64,000 bases of DNA, from positions 39,704-103,703 of the forward strand of contig CALSCP010001139.1 of NCBI GenBank assembly GCA_943704425.1, given 5' to 3'. A program made the position numbers and the translations under genes. The notes below the pieces were generated by a model. That model searched no databases. It worked only from the letters and a program-made list of their open reading frames with translations, and was not told where the DNA came from. The DNA is from Ministeria vibrans ATCC 50519 (Eukaryota; Protista; Filasterea). Below are positions 12,901 through 27,663 of this stretch, one piece after another (position 1 is the first letter of the stretch; each line of letters opens with the position of its first letter).

Positions 12901-13262
12901 CTGCTGGAAGTCCGCTTGTGTCGGCGCAGAGTGCATCGACCAACACGGGTGGCAGTGGCTCGGGGAGTGGCGGTGGGAGCATTGCCGCGATTGCGGGTGG
13001 TGCAGCTGCAGCCGTCGTGGTTGTTGCGGCTGCGTTGGGACTGTTGTGGTATCGCCATCGCCAGGCACACTTGCGCACATCGCTCACCTCCTATGACTCC
13101 TATTACGGCCTGAGCACCGATACGAATCTGTTGAACACTTCGCGCCTGTCCATGGCTAGTGCTTCCGAGCCGACATCGGATGTTGTCCCCATGCAGCTGG
13201 TGCGGGTCAACTCGTTGCTACTTCACAATTCTTCCAGCAATAATCACGGAGAGAAAGTGTGA
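3921..13262 (+). CDS. Giant type-I membrane protein: signal peptide, ADAM10-like prodomain, M12B metalloprotease, disintegrin, ~33-35 EGF repeats with inserted domains, SEA-like segment, TM helix, short tail
   Basis: Signal peptide MVRRLAGTVLFILATTAVSA; furin-type RSRR and RPRR; HEIGHNFGSPHD at 5224-5259 with Met-turn GNYIM; VCGNGIVDSGELCDCG; repeated DIDECASSPCxNGxxC. Introns at ~4106-4270 and ~4759-4816. The frame change at 12084-12173 falls in an N gap. TM ~12981-13052. Confidence 0.92.
11017..12286 (+). repeat. Near-exact 570-bp tandem duplication (5 EGF repeats) with a third partial copy after an N gap
   Basis: 11017-11507 appears identical to 11587-12077, and 12174-12286 repeats the unit's end. 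The ORF track shows identical off-frame ORFs 570 bp apart. Confidence 0.9.
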
Positions 13263-13273
13263 CATTATCACCG

Positions 13274-13348
13274 TCTCGTCTAGAAGTCTACGGTGGAAGT
13301 ACTGTGCTGCTCTTTGTTGTATAATTATTATGGTCTTGTTTTGATATT
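13274..13348 (+). repeat. Dispersed short intergenic repeat, copy 1 (others at ~13668-13729 minus, 14889-14957, ~47542-47579)
   Basis: tctcgtctagaagtctacgg..aagta.tgtgctgctctttgtt is 42/45 identical to 14889-14933; all copies share a ttgttttgaYat core. Confidence 0.7.
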
Positions 13349-13797
13349 ACATTTTTTTTTGGGTTTTCATGAATTATTTGAAATAATTACTATGGTCGTT
13401 TGAAAAACACTGGCTCGGCGACTAATAAAATAATTAATAACAATAATCAATTTATTATACATTAATTTTTATTATTATAGTACTAACTACTAGAAAGATG
13501 CAATCAGTTTTTTTATCAATCTCATATATTTTTAATAATAACAATAACATCAACTCTATTACTATTATTGTATTAAATAAACAAAAAAATAAAATAATTA
13601 TAATAATAATAATTATTATTATTATTACTCTTCATTAATAATAGTAATAAGAAAAATAAATAGTCAATAGAGAATCAAGAGCTGTACTCATAACTCAATG
13701 TCAAAACAAGACAATATACAAAACAAAGCTGATAATAATCATTAATAATTGTTGAGTAAAGTGTACAATCTGAAATCTTCTTCTTCATTTATTTTCT

Positions 13798-14721
<924 letters not shown>

Positions 14722-14998
14722 TAAACACAGCCAGAATCCAACCTGTCGCACATGAAAGTGAAAGAAAGATCATACCTGAGGATCCGCAATGGTGCCGCCT
14801 ACGACTGCCTTGTACAGCGTCTACCTGTGCCTCCGTACATTCTTCTCATGGGTGTATCAGTGGGTCCATGGGCTTTTTTTGGGGACATTCTCGTCTAGAA
14901 GTCTACGGCGAAAGTATTGTGCTGCTCTTTGTTTTGTATGTAGTTTTGTTTTGACATCTCTCGATTGAAAATCGATTCCTATTTTCAATTTTTCATCA

Positions 14999-15219
14999 AT
15001 GTTCCCCTCGCTCACCGCTGTACTTGCTGTACTTCTGTCGACACTGGCTTCGGCCAGCGGTACAGCCGTGCTGCAGCGTTCGGGGGCGCTGTGGAGCAAT
15101 GCGTCTGTGTGGCTGCCGTCTGCGGTGGCGCCTCCTCCGCTGTGCAGCACTGTGGACCTGTCCGTCTTGGTAAGAGCTCCGTCTGGGCTCATCCCCACCG
15201 CCACTTCCCTCTTCATCGG

Positions 15220-15302
<83 letters not shown>

Positions 15303-15738
15303 CTTTGTTTCTTTCTCCCTCCCTCCTTTCTCTCTCTCTCTCTCTTTCTCTCTTTGTGTGCCACCTAGGGTTCTTCCGTTGTTTGTCCACTTCTTCCTGC
15401 TTGAAACTCTCCTTTTCTTTTAGCCGCTCTTGCGAAGTTCGCAACACACTCAAAAATCAACAATGTACGATCCGCTAGTCGCCTGGCTGGGCACCGGACT
15501 GCTCACGAGTTATGGACACAAGTGGAAGTCGCGGCGCAATCTCTTGACCCCCTCGTTTCACTTTGAGATTCTCAAAGACTTTGCCAATGTGTTTGTCGAA
15601 CAGGTGGCTACTCGAACAACATTCTCCCTCTCTGTCACTCTCTCTGTCTCTGTCTCTGTCTCTGTCTCTGTCTCTGTCTCTGTCTCTCTCTGTCTCTCTG
15701 TCTCTCTGTCTCTCTGTCTCTCTATCTTTCTCTCTCTA

Positions 15739-15779
<41 letters not shown>

Positions 15780-17424
15780 CTCACTCACTCACTCACTCAC
15801 TTACTCACTCACTTACTCACTCACTCACTTACTCACTCACTCACTCACTCACTCACTCACTCTCTCTTTCTCACTCTTTCTCTCCCTCTCTCTCACTCTT
15901 TCTCTCTCTCTCTCTCATTCTTCCCCCCCTGTTAATAGGCTGAAGTGTTTGCATCGCGTTTCGACGCCATTGCCGAGTCGGGCGAAGCAGTGGATATTTT
16001 CCCTCTGGCATGTGCGTGTACTCTGGACGTCATTTGCGAGACTGCCATGGGCCGCACTGTCGACGCACAGCACGGAAGGTCCGTTCATATCATTCGCCTC
16101 TCTTTCCCCTTTCTTTTCTATTTCTTCATTTGTGTCGTATATTTTATGTTTATTGGGTTGTCTTGCGTAGTGGAAAGGAATACGTTGAAGCTGTCCAGAG
16201 TGCGTCGCTTCTGTTGCACATCCGTCAAAAGAGGTACTGTGACACATCCAGAATCTAATATATTCATCACTCATTCACTTTATTGCTTTCGTTTAAAGTC
16301 CTTGGCAGTGGAACGACATGATCTACAAGTACCTGCTTCCCGACGGGCGGCGCTTCCACCGCGCACTGCGCATCCTTCACGGCTTCACATCCAAAGTCAT
16401 CCGTGAGCGACAAGAGCACAACGAGAGTCAGAGCCTACTTGACCTCAATGTATGTGCATTTTTGTTTGTTGATTGTTGTGTTGCACCCCTAAATTTTGCG
16501 TGTGTTTGGTTGTGACCAGGCACTAACGAAGGAAGAAGGAACGAGCGACGACAACGATGGACTGGGCCTTAAGAGGAAGCGTCGCTTGGCCTTTCTCGAT
16601 GTACTCCTCTCGTGCAAGGACGAACATGGGAACCGTGCACTGTCCGACGAAGACATTCGTGAAGAGGTATAAAGTTATATATATATATATATATATAATT
16701 GTTATATAATTATAATTATAATATTATATATCTAATAACTAGAGAGGGTTGTTGCTAATGAGTTTCATTTTTTTTTTTTTGTTAATCAGGTGGACACGTT
16801 CATGTTCGAAGGACACGACACGACTGCGGCAGCAACGACATTTGCACTGCATTTGGTGGGTCACCATGCGGACGTGCAAGCGCGCATTCACGCCGAGCTA
16901 GACGACGCCATGGGCGACCAATCGTCCCCCGACTGGGACACCCTCAACAAGCTTCCTTACCTCAGGTTTTTTTTTTTTTTTTCACTCTATCTGTCTGTCT
17001 CTTTTCTTAATCTTACATTGCGGTATCTCTATCACAGTGCGGTGATCAAGGAGGCGCTTCGTTTGTTTCCTCCTGTGCCCATTATGGGCCGAGTGACCAG
17101 CGAAGAGTGCGAAATCGATGGATACACTCTGCCCAAGGGAGTCGATGTGGGTACGTCTACTACAAAGTAATGTCTCTCACTCACATTCACACTGGTTCTC
17201 TCGCGTAGTCGTGTCAGGCTATGTCCTTCAGCGTGACGCCCGCAAATGGCCTGAACCCGACCGCTTTGACCCCGAGCGCTTCTTCAGCGACACCACAAAA
17301 CGCCATCCGTACGCCACTGTGCCTTTTAGTGCAGGCCCGCGCAACTGCATTGGCCAAAAGGTAATAATTATAATTATTATTATTAAACTTTTCGTACCAA
17401 TTTATGCTAAAATTTAATTATCGC

Positions 17425-17455
<31 letters not shown>

Positions 17456-17465
17456 NNNNNNNNNN

Positions 17466-17515
<50 letters not shown>

Positions 17516-17680
17516 GCATAGTTTGCTCTGCTCGAACTCAAAGCTATTTTGGCGACTGTGCTCAAGAAGTTCCGTGTCGAGAGCATGGACGACACGGCGT
17601 CACTGCGCCTCATTCCCGAGATTATTCTGCGTCCCGGTCAGCCTATTCTTCTCAAGTTTCATAAGCGAACGGGTGAATAG
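14999..17680 (+). CDS. Cytochrome P450, CYP4 clan (CYP4V-like), multi-exon; first exon uncertain
   Basis: [25 protein letters not shown]-helix [11 protein letters not shown], ExxR (KEALR), PDRFDPERF, heme motif [10 protein letters not shown]. Confidence 0.92.
15298..15329 (+). repeat. Intronic dispersed CT-microsatellite-associated motif TATCACTTTGTTTCTTTCTCC(CTCC)n
   Basis: 32-mer identical to the reverse complement of 41175-41206; further copies at ~18737-18800, 32997-33090, 41221, ~41670 and 56376-56655. Confidence 0.8.
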
Positions 17681-17900
17681 ACAATGTTTTTATTATTACC
17701 TTAAAAATGTCTTCTTCTTCTATTACATTAAAATAATTAATTTTCTTTTTCTAATCACTACTCTCTGAGCGTGTGTTACATCAGCACACACATTCTGTAT
17801 TTCACGTTAATAAACAATTCGCGGCCCATCCATCAAGCATCAGATGTCCAACTGTAACTTCCACCTAGGTCCACAAAGAGTTGTCCATTTGTGTTCCTCA

Positions 17901-18182
17901 GAACCCAAAGTAAAGTGATCAAACAATCATTTGTCCCGGAAACAAACACATTTTCATACAACTTGACGAACCCAAAGTAAAGAACGTGATCAAACAATCA
18001 TTTGTCCCGGAAACAAACACATTTTCATACAACTTGACGAACCCAAAGTAAAGAACGTGATCAAACAATCATTTGTCCCGGAAACAAACACATTTTCATA
18101 CAACTTGACGAACCCAAAGTGAAGAACGCGATCAAAAAATCATTTGTCCATCGGCAACAAACACATTTTCATACAACTTGAC
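17901..18182. repeat. 71-bp tandem minisatellite, ~4 copies, between the convergent CYP4 and XPD 3' ends
   Basis: Unit gaacccaaagtaaagaacgtgatcaaacaatcatttgtcccggaaacaaacacattttcatacaacttgac starts at 17901, 17968, 18039 and 18110. Confidence 0.92.
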
Positions 18183-18200
18183 TATACATGCACCTCTCCT

Positions 18201-21730
<3,530 letters not shown>

Positions 21731-21906
21731 GGCAAGTCGACAAAGAGAGGGAGAAGGAGAGAGGGAGAAAAAAAAAATGAAAGTATGAAACTGAAAAAAA
21801 AGAAGAAATTCGTTGATCAACGTCCAAAGAAGCAGTGAAGCAAATAAGAAGCGAATATTTTTCTTTTTTTATTATACTTTACAACAATATTAATATAATA
21901 TATCCT

Positions 21907-23503
21907 TTATTGACCTCCCTTCTTTTGAATCTCAATCGCCATCTTCTCGCACACGCGACACACAAAGGGAACCGAACATATTTCGTTGTTGAGTTTCCTC
22001 AGCGGTTTCAAATCCCACGCAAAGTAACTCTCGTAGAGTTCGCGACTCGCAATAATCTTATTGATCTCCGCCGCCATTTCGATCGGAGTGTAATCGGACG
22101 TTTTCAAGAGTGATTTGGGTCCAGGTACAACCTACACACACAAAAAGAGAGAGGCAAAAAAAAACAGTCAAACATTCGACTTACCAACTTCCTCTCACTC
22201 ACACCCAATACGACCATAGTCCTTACCTGATCAACTTCCTTTGCGCCCAAAAAGAGGGGAATGCACTTGCTACGCAATGCATGGTAGACCTTTTCGGTGA
22301 CGTAGTGCGGGTAAAAGTCGTTCTCCATAGCAATGGCAAACATGTACTTGTTCATGACTGCCATCTGAATGCACATACACCACACCACATCGCGTATCAC
22401 ACACAATAGTCAGTCACACACACACACCTAATCATCGTGATAACCATTCACCTTATCGTGTTCCCATTCGCCGAACGACCCTCGTTTAATCTCGGGCTGA
22501 TTGCGTAGACACCCTCCAAACGAGTCAATCGTCACATTCGCTGCCATCAAGCCCTTGATGTAGTCAAGGCGGTTGCTTCGTGCAGCACAGTTGCTACAGA
22601 CACACTTAAAACGTCAGAATGAATGGTACTACTGAACGGATCGACTTCACCTGATAATCATAGCAACGCGCGGCAGTCGCGAGCCCCACTCGGGCGCAGA
22701 CGGCTCTGGCTCGACAATGTCCTTAAGCCACGAACAGGCGTAAGGTAGAGGTACGTCTGAATCGAGAACATAGCTGATCTTGTAGTCGTAGTGTGCCCGC
22801 TGAGACACAAAGTTTTCGTGTTCTGGTTCGTGAGTCAACGTAAAAATGTACTGCGATGGATGATTCGCTCGCCACGCCCGCAATTTGCCGCTCTCCCAGA
22901 TCACCTAGCAGAAACCAAAGAAGTTTGAGTCACACAAAAGTTGACGCGAGGCGATATACAAATACGTGAAGCGAAAAAGTTTACCGTCTTTCGATCGATC
23001 AAACTTCCAGTCGACTGATCTGCTCGCGTGTGATCGTGATGCGCATCGCACCGCACCCGCTTGCACTGCTTTGCCTCCTCAATCCATCGTGAAGGGTTGC
23101 CACCGTAGAACTTGTTGATGTAGTCGTAGTCGTAAATGTACAGTGACACGGCCGGCAAAGAGGACGAAGAGGTCGACGGCGACTTGGTGTCTGCGGTGAC
23201 AGTGCCAGGCGCAGCCACCGCCTCCTGCCCTGCCCCGGCTGGAGGCTCGTCTGGCACAACAGGCGGAGAGGGAGGAGCCACAACAGCAGCAGCATCAGCA
23301 GCAGCAGGCGGGGGAGCAAGAGGGGGAAGGGCAGCAGAGCGCGAAGGAGGTCTCCAATCTGTCTCATCTTCGGACGCCCCTCCCGACGCCCCTCGCGATA
23401 GACTCGTCAAACCAACGTCCGCAAACCGTTCTCGAAAGGGATAGGCAACGATCAAGAGTGCTGCAATCAACATGAGCACTCTGGTGATGGACAGTCGTGC
23501 CAT
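21907..23503 (-). CDS. Alpha-1,3-fucosyltransferase (GT10), type II membrane protein, multi-exon
   Basis: N-terminal TM anchor and Pro/Ala stem; GT10 motif [24 protein letters not shown]...IPLFLG; [12 protein letters not shown]. Confidence 0.88.
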
Positions 23504-23730
23504 TTTGAATCGAAAGGAAAAAAAATGACTTGAATTATTTTGATTTTTGAGAGGTATGTCAAATTTCAATTGTACTCTCTGTTAACTATTTTTTCTTATT
23601 CGCCCACGGCCGGCACACAGTCTTTAGTTTGCATATTATCAAAATCCAAAAAAAACACAAAAGATTAATGAGTTATGAGTTTGCATCAGTAAGTAAACAA
23701 ACAAATTATAATATTGTACACAATGGCTGT

Positions 23731-25042
23731 TTACAAGAGCCTCAATGATTGCAGCCAATCTACAAGGTCAACGGGAACGGCAACCTTGTTGCGCACAATG
23801 GCAATGCGCGCGCGATTCGCCAGAGTCCACCATTTCTTGTCCATTAACACCCGCAGTGCGTCGCCCGGCAGTCTTCGATACATTCCCAGGACATAGTCCC
23901 GCACACGCTCGCCATTGTGCTCGCAGATCACACTCGGATCACCGCCCATCTTCAGCAGCATCTCAACCGTCTGAGCGCGTCGTGTACCCTGCGACAGACA
24001 TGCGAACAGCAGTGCATTCTCTTCGTTCACGTCCACTCCATGCTCCACCAGTAACTGCGCAATCTCCACGCGTGAGTAGATGCACGCCGTCTTCAACAAC
24101 GTTCGATCGCGCACCGGCGGGTTCTTGAGCGGATTCGCGCCACGCTATACAAAAGAATATCAAAAAATGACACCAGAAATTGATTACATTTTGTGTGCCT
24201 ACATCGAGCAAAAACCTGACAACGTCACTGTGTCCCATGGCCACAGCACGGTACAGGGGCGTCTCCAAATCAACGTCATCGGGCTTGTCCAAAAGTTGAG
24301 GTACAGCGTCTAAAATGATCTCGCACACCCCCACACAGCCACTAGAAAAAAAAAAATAAAGACACTGTTTTTTGGCTGACGGTTTCATCTCACTCGTCGG
24401 CCGCTAGGAACAGGGCCGAGGCACCGTCTTGCGCACAAATAGACGCGTCAGCCCCCATTTCAATGACCATGCGGACCATTTCAATCCGCTTGTACTGCGA
24501 CGCGAGAATGAGGCCCGTACAGCCGTCGTGACGGCGCAGGTTGAGACGCCTCGCACACTCGGTGCGCTCAGGGGAGCGCATCTGACCATGCTCGTCCACC
24601 GACAAAAGTTTCCGCACCACATCCAAGTGGCCATTCTGCACTGCAACAAACAGCGGATCGGCGCCGTCGTCGCGCAGCTCCTGTCGTGCCCCCTGGTGCA
24701 GTAAGAACTCGACGACGGCCACTTTGCCTTCGCGCGCCGCCAAATACAGCGGTGTCCGCCCGTGTCGATCCCCCTCGTGGATAGTACTGCAAGGATGTGT
24801 CTTGACAAAGCGTTTCACCTCCGCCAGCTGCCCGTTCTTCGCCAGCGTGCGCAGTTCCTCGCTGAAACAAAAAAGACGTGAACTTATGGTCGGGTTTGCT
24901 TGACAACCGATTACCCCGGATGCTCGTCCTCGCCCGACGAGTACGTGTTGTCATCCCGCTCAAAGGCCACTTCGTAGTCAATGTCTTCCAGCTCCTCCTC
25001 CCCCTCTCCCGCGTCGTCCGACAAGAAGTCATTTTCGTCCAT
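23731..25042 (-). CDS. Ankyrin-repeat protein with an acidic N-terminus, multi-exon
   Basis: GRTPLYLAAREG, DPLFVAVQNG, GASALFLAADEG, ETPLYRAVAMG. Confidence 0.85.
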
Positions 25043-25047
25043 AGTGG

Positions 25048-25084
<37 letters not shown>

Positions 25085-25237
25085 AAGAAAAAAGAAACCC
25101 CTCACAAGCTCAGAACAGCACTGGTTTGTACGTCACTCCCGTAGCAGTCTTTTCGAAGCGACGGTTCAACGATAACGAGTGGAATTTGTCTATTGATTTA
25201 TTTTGATTATTTTGAGGGTCGATCAATAAAAAAATAA

Positions 25238-27554
25238 TCATAATGAACTTTTTAATACATCTCGTCGTCGATAGAACAGAAGAAAAGCCTCGGCCGCGAG
25301 TGCGGCCGAGCGCGCCGTAGGAAAGGTCGACGTGTCGCTAAAGTACTGCCAGGGCTTGGCCCCCTCACTCGCGGGTGCAACCGCATTGGCACAGTACGCG
25401 ACGTAGTGACCGCCCATGAGACTGCCTGAGTGCTCGACAATGCCAAACAGATCGTACTCCACTGCGCCCGTTGTGTCCGCACGGCAAAAGGGCCCCAGAG
25501 AAAGCTCTTCGGGGAACGACACGTGCCGCGACGACTTGCTCAGGCGTCCGCGCTGAGCCACAAAGCGATTCACATGCAAGACCAACACGCGCGGAAGCTG
25601 ACTCAGCAGAATCTGCTTCGTCGCTGCACGCTTCACCTTCACATTCTCCGCTTTGCCTTCTTCCTCAACTGCATCCTCGCTTCCTTCATCGTCCTTCTCT
25701 TTCGCCCCACCGCCCTTCTCACTAGCACCACTGCACTTGTCGCAGTAAATCGCCTCACTCCCATCCAACAGCTCCGCCTTGCAAAAGTGCGCCAGGCACT
25801 CCATCAGCGAATCCTTCGGAATGATTTCGGGCAACGGTGCAAGAGTCTCCTGGGCGCGCGGACCCACACGCTCAACAACAACAACTGCCGCTTCCCCTTC
25901 GGTCACCGCGCACACACTCTCGCTCTCCACCGTTTGCCCTTCTTGAGACTCCAGTTCCCCGGTCACATCCGCCGCCTCTACTTCTCCCCCCACCATCTCT
26001 TCTTCCGCCACCTCTTCTCCTGTCGCCATCTCGTCTCCTGTCGCCTTCTCTTCTCCTGTCGCCTTCTCTTCTCCTGTCGCCTTCTCTTCCTCCTTCTCTT
26101 CTTTCTCGTCTTCCCCCTCCTTCTCTCCCACCTTCCCCGCCTTTAACTTCCCCTTGTTCCCCTTCTTCGCTTGCTTCTTCGCCTGCTTCGCTAGCATCTT
26201 CTGCTTGTGCTTGCTCACTACTGCCACTACCGGCACTCCCCCTCCCTTCTTCGTCTTCTTCTGCTTCTCCTTTTTGCTCGTCTCCTGCACGGTCTTTGCG
26301 ACGCGTGCCGGCACCACCGCAATCGACAGGTCCAGAAACGACTCTTTCGTCGCCGACACATTCCCACAATGGTGACAAGTCACACTCGAGACGGTTGTTC
26401 CGCCAAACAGTTGATCGAGCGACGTTTTGCGCTCGCGCGCCTCTCGCTTAATTGTCTCCTTCTGTTCCTCGGTCAGCTGCAGTGCAGTGGTGTTGTCCAC
26501 CACCCCCGCACGGCGCATCAACAACAGCTTGTGTCGCCTCGTATCCTCAATGCGCAATCCGTCCAGCAGATAGTGCACCAGCTCGTGTGCGTCTTGCTGC
26601 TGTCGTCCTCGAAAGCGCGGTGCCTTCTCGCTCACCCGCTCAAACAGTTCGCTTGGTCGCACCGCTGCAACAGCCGACGCACGTCCTACCATCTTGTCCT
26701 TCTTCTTCTTCTTGTTGTTGCTCGTGTTGTTGTTGTTGCTGTTTGCGCTGTGATCGGCAAGCGGCGATGCTGTAGCACGCATGGTCCGCAGAAACTTGCA
26801 AAATGCCTCGGTAATGGGTCCTGCGGGTGCATCGGCAGCAAGCGACGCATCAAACTCTGCAGTGGCACCCGCCAACAAGGCATCAATGTCGCTGTCGGAA
26901 CACACGGAGCGCACAAGACACTGACAGGCACTGTTGAAGAAGCAAGTGTTGCCCAAGTTGGCAAGTCCCCGCGCTGGAAACGCTGTTGGTGACACATCCG
27001 TGACGTCTGCCGCCTCTTTCGTTGGTGTCGTCGGTGCGAGCGACCCTACTAATGGCTCTGGGGGCGCTATCTTCATGTGTTTGCGCACGAGACCGTCGCA
27101 CTGTTGCAGCTCGGTGGTGTAGTCGCCCTCCGGCACAGCCTCGTCGCAAACGTAGCACCACACGAGCGTGGTGGTGCACGACATGGCCAATGCATGCGAC
27201 TTGCTGTTGGCGAAGTGTCCAAGGGCGTGCTTGTGCTCCGATTGGCGTCCGCACGCGACATGGCCACAGGTGAGGCAAAGCCATTGTTCGTCTACAAATA
27301 CCAACAATAAGACATCGCTCACGTCCGCAGACCAAACAGAGCGCCGCGTTAAAACCTGTTTCCTTGGCAGAAGCATCCTCTCCACTTGAAGCCGCTTCGG
27401 ATCGGCTCGTTTTCTTGTTCGTCTTGGGCTTAGAAGAATCGTTTGCGCAATCTTGACATTCGACTGGCGACGCCAACGACCGTTTCGCGACATGTTTGCG
27501 CACGTTGGTCATGCGAACGCCCGTTTCAACATGTAGACACGAGTCAATCTCCAT
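25238..27554 (-). CDS. Ubiquitin-specific protease, USP16/USP45-like (zf-UBP plus C19 peptidase)
   Basis: zf-UBP WLCLTCGHVACGR...HALGH...VWCYVCD; Cys box GLANLGNTCFFNS; QQDAHE; His box VEHSGSLMGGHYVAY. Confidence 0.9.
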
Positions 27555-27663
27555 GAGCGCATATAATTATAAAAATTTTGCTTTGAAATTTGAAATTATT
27601 GATGATGAATTTTGATCTCACAGCGTAAAAACTAAAAATTTAAAGTATTACTTGTATTATCTT

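Noticed and set aside
3921-13262. Calling the gene Notch or a Notch ligand
   Set aside because: No LNR, RAM, ankyrin or DSL domains are seen. The ankyrin genes in the window are separate loci with no evident link.
14789-14967. Short ORF MVPPTTALYSVY... between YIPF4 and the P450
   Set aside because: Under 60 aa, no recognisable motif, and it overlaps the dispersed repeat.
17901-18182. Possible CRISPR array
   Set aside because: Units are contiguous 71-bp repeats with no unique spacers, in a eukaryotic context with no cas genes.
26015-26095. 18-bp repeats (EEKATG) in the USP gene
   Set aside because: Ordinary low-complexity expansion in a disordered insertion.
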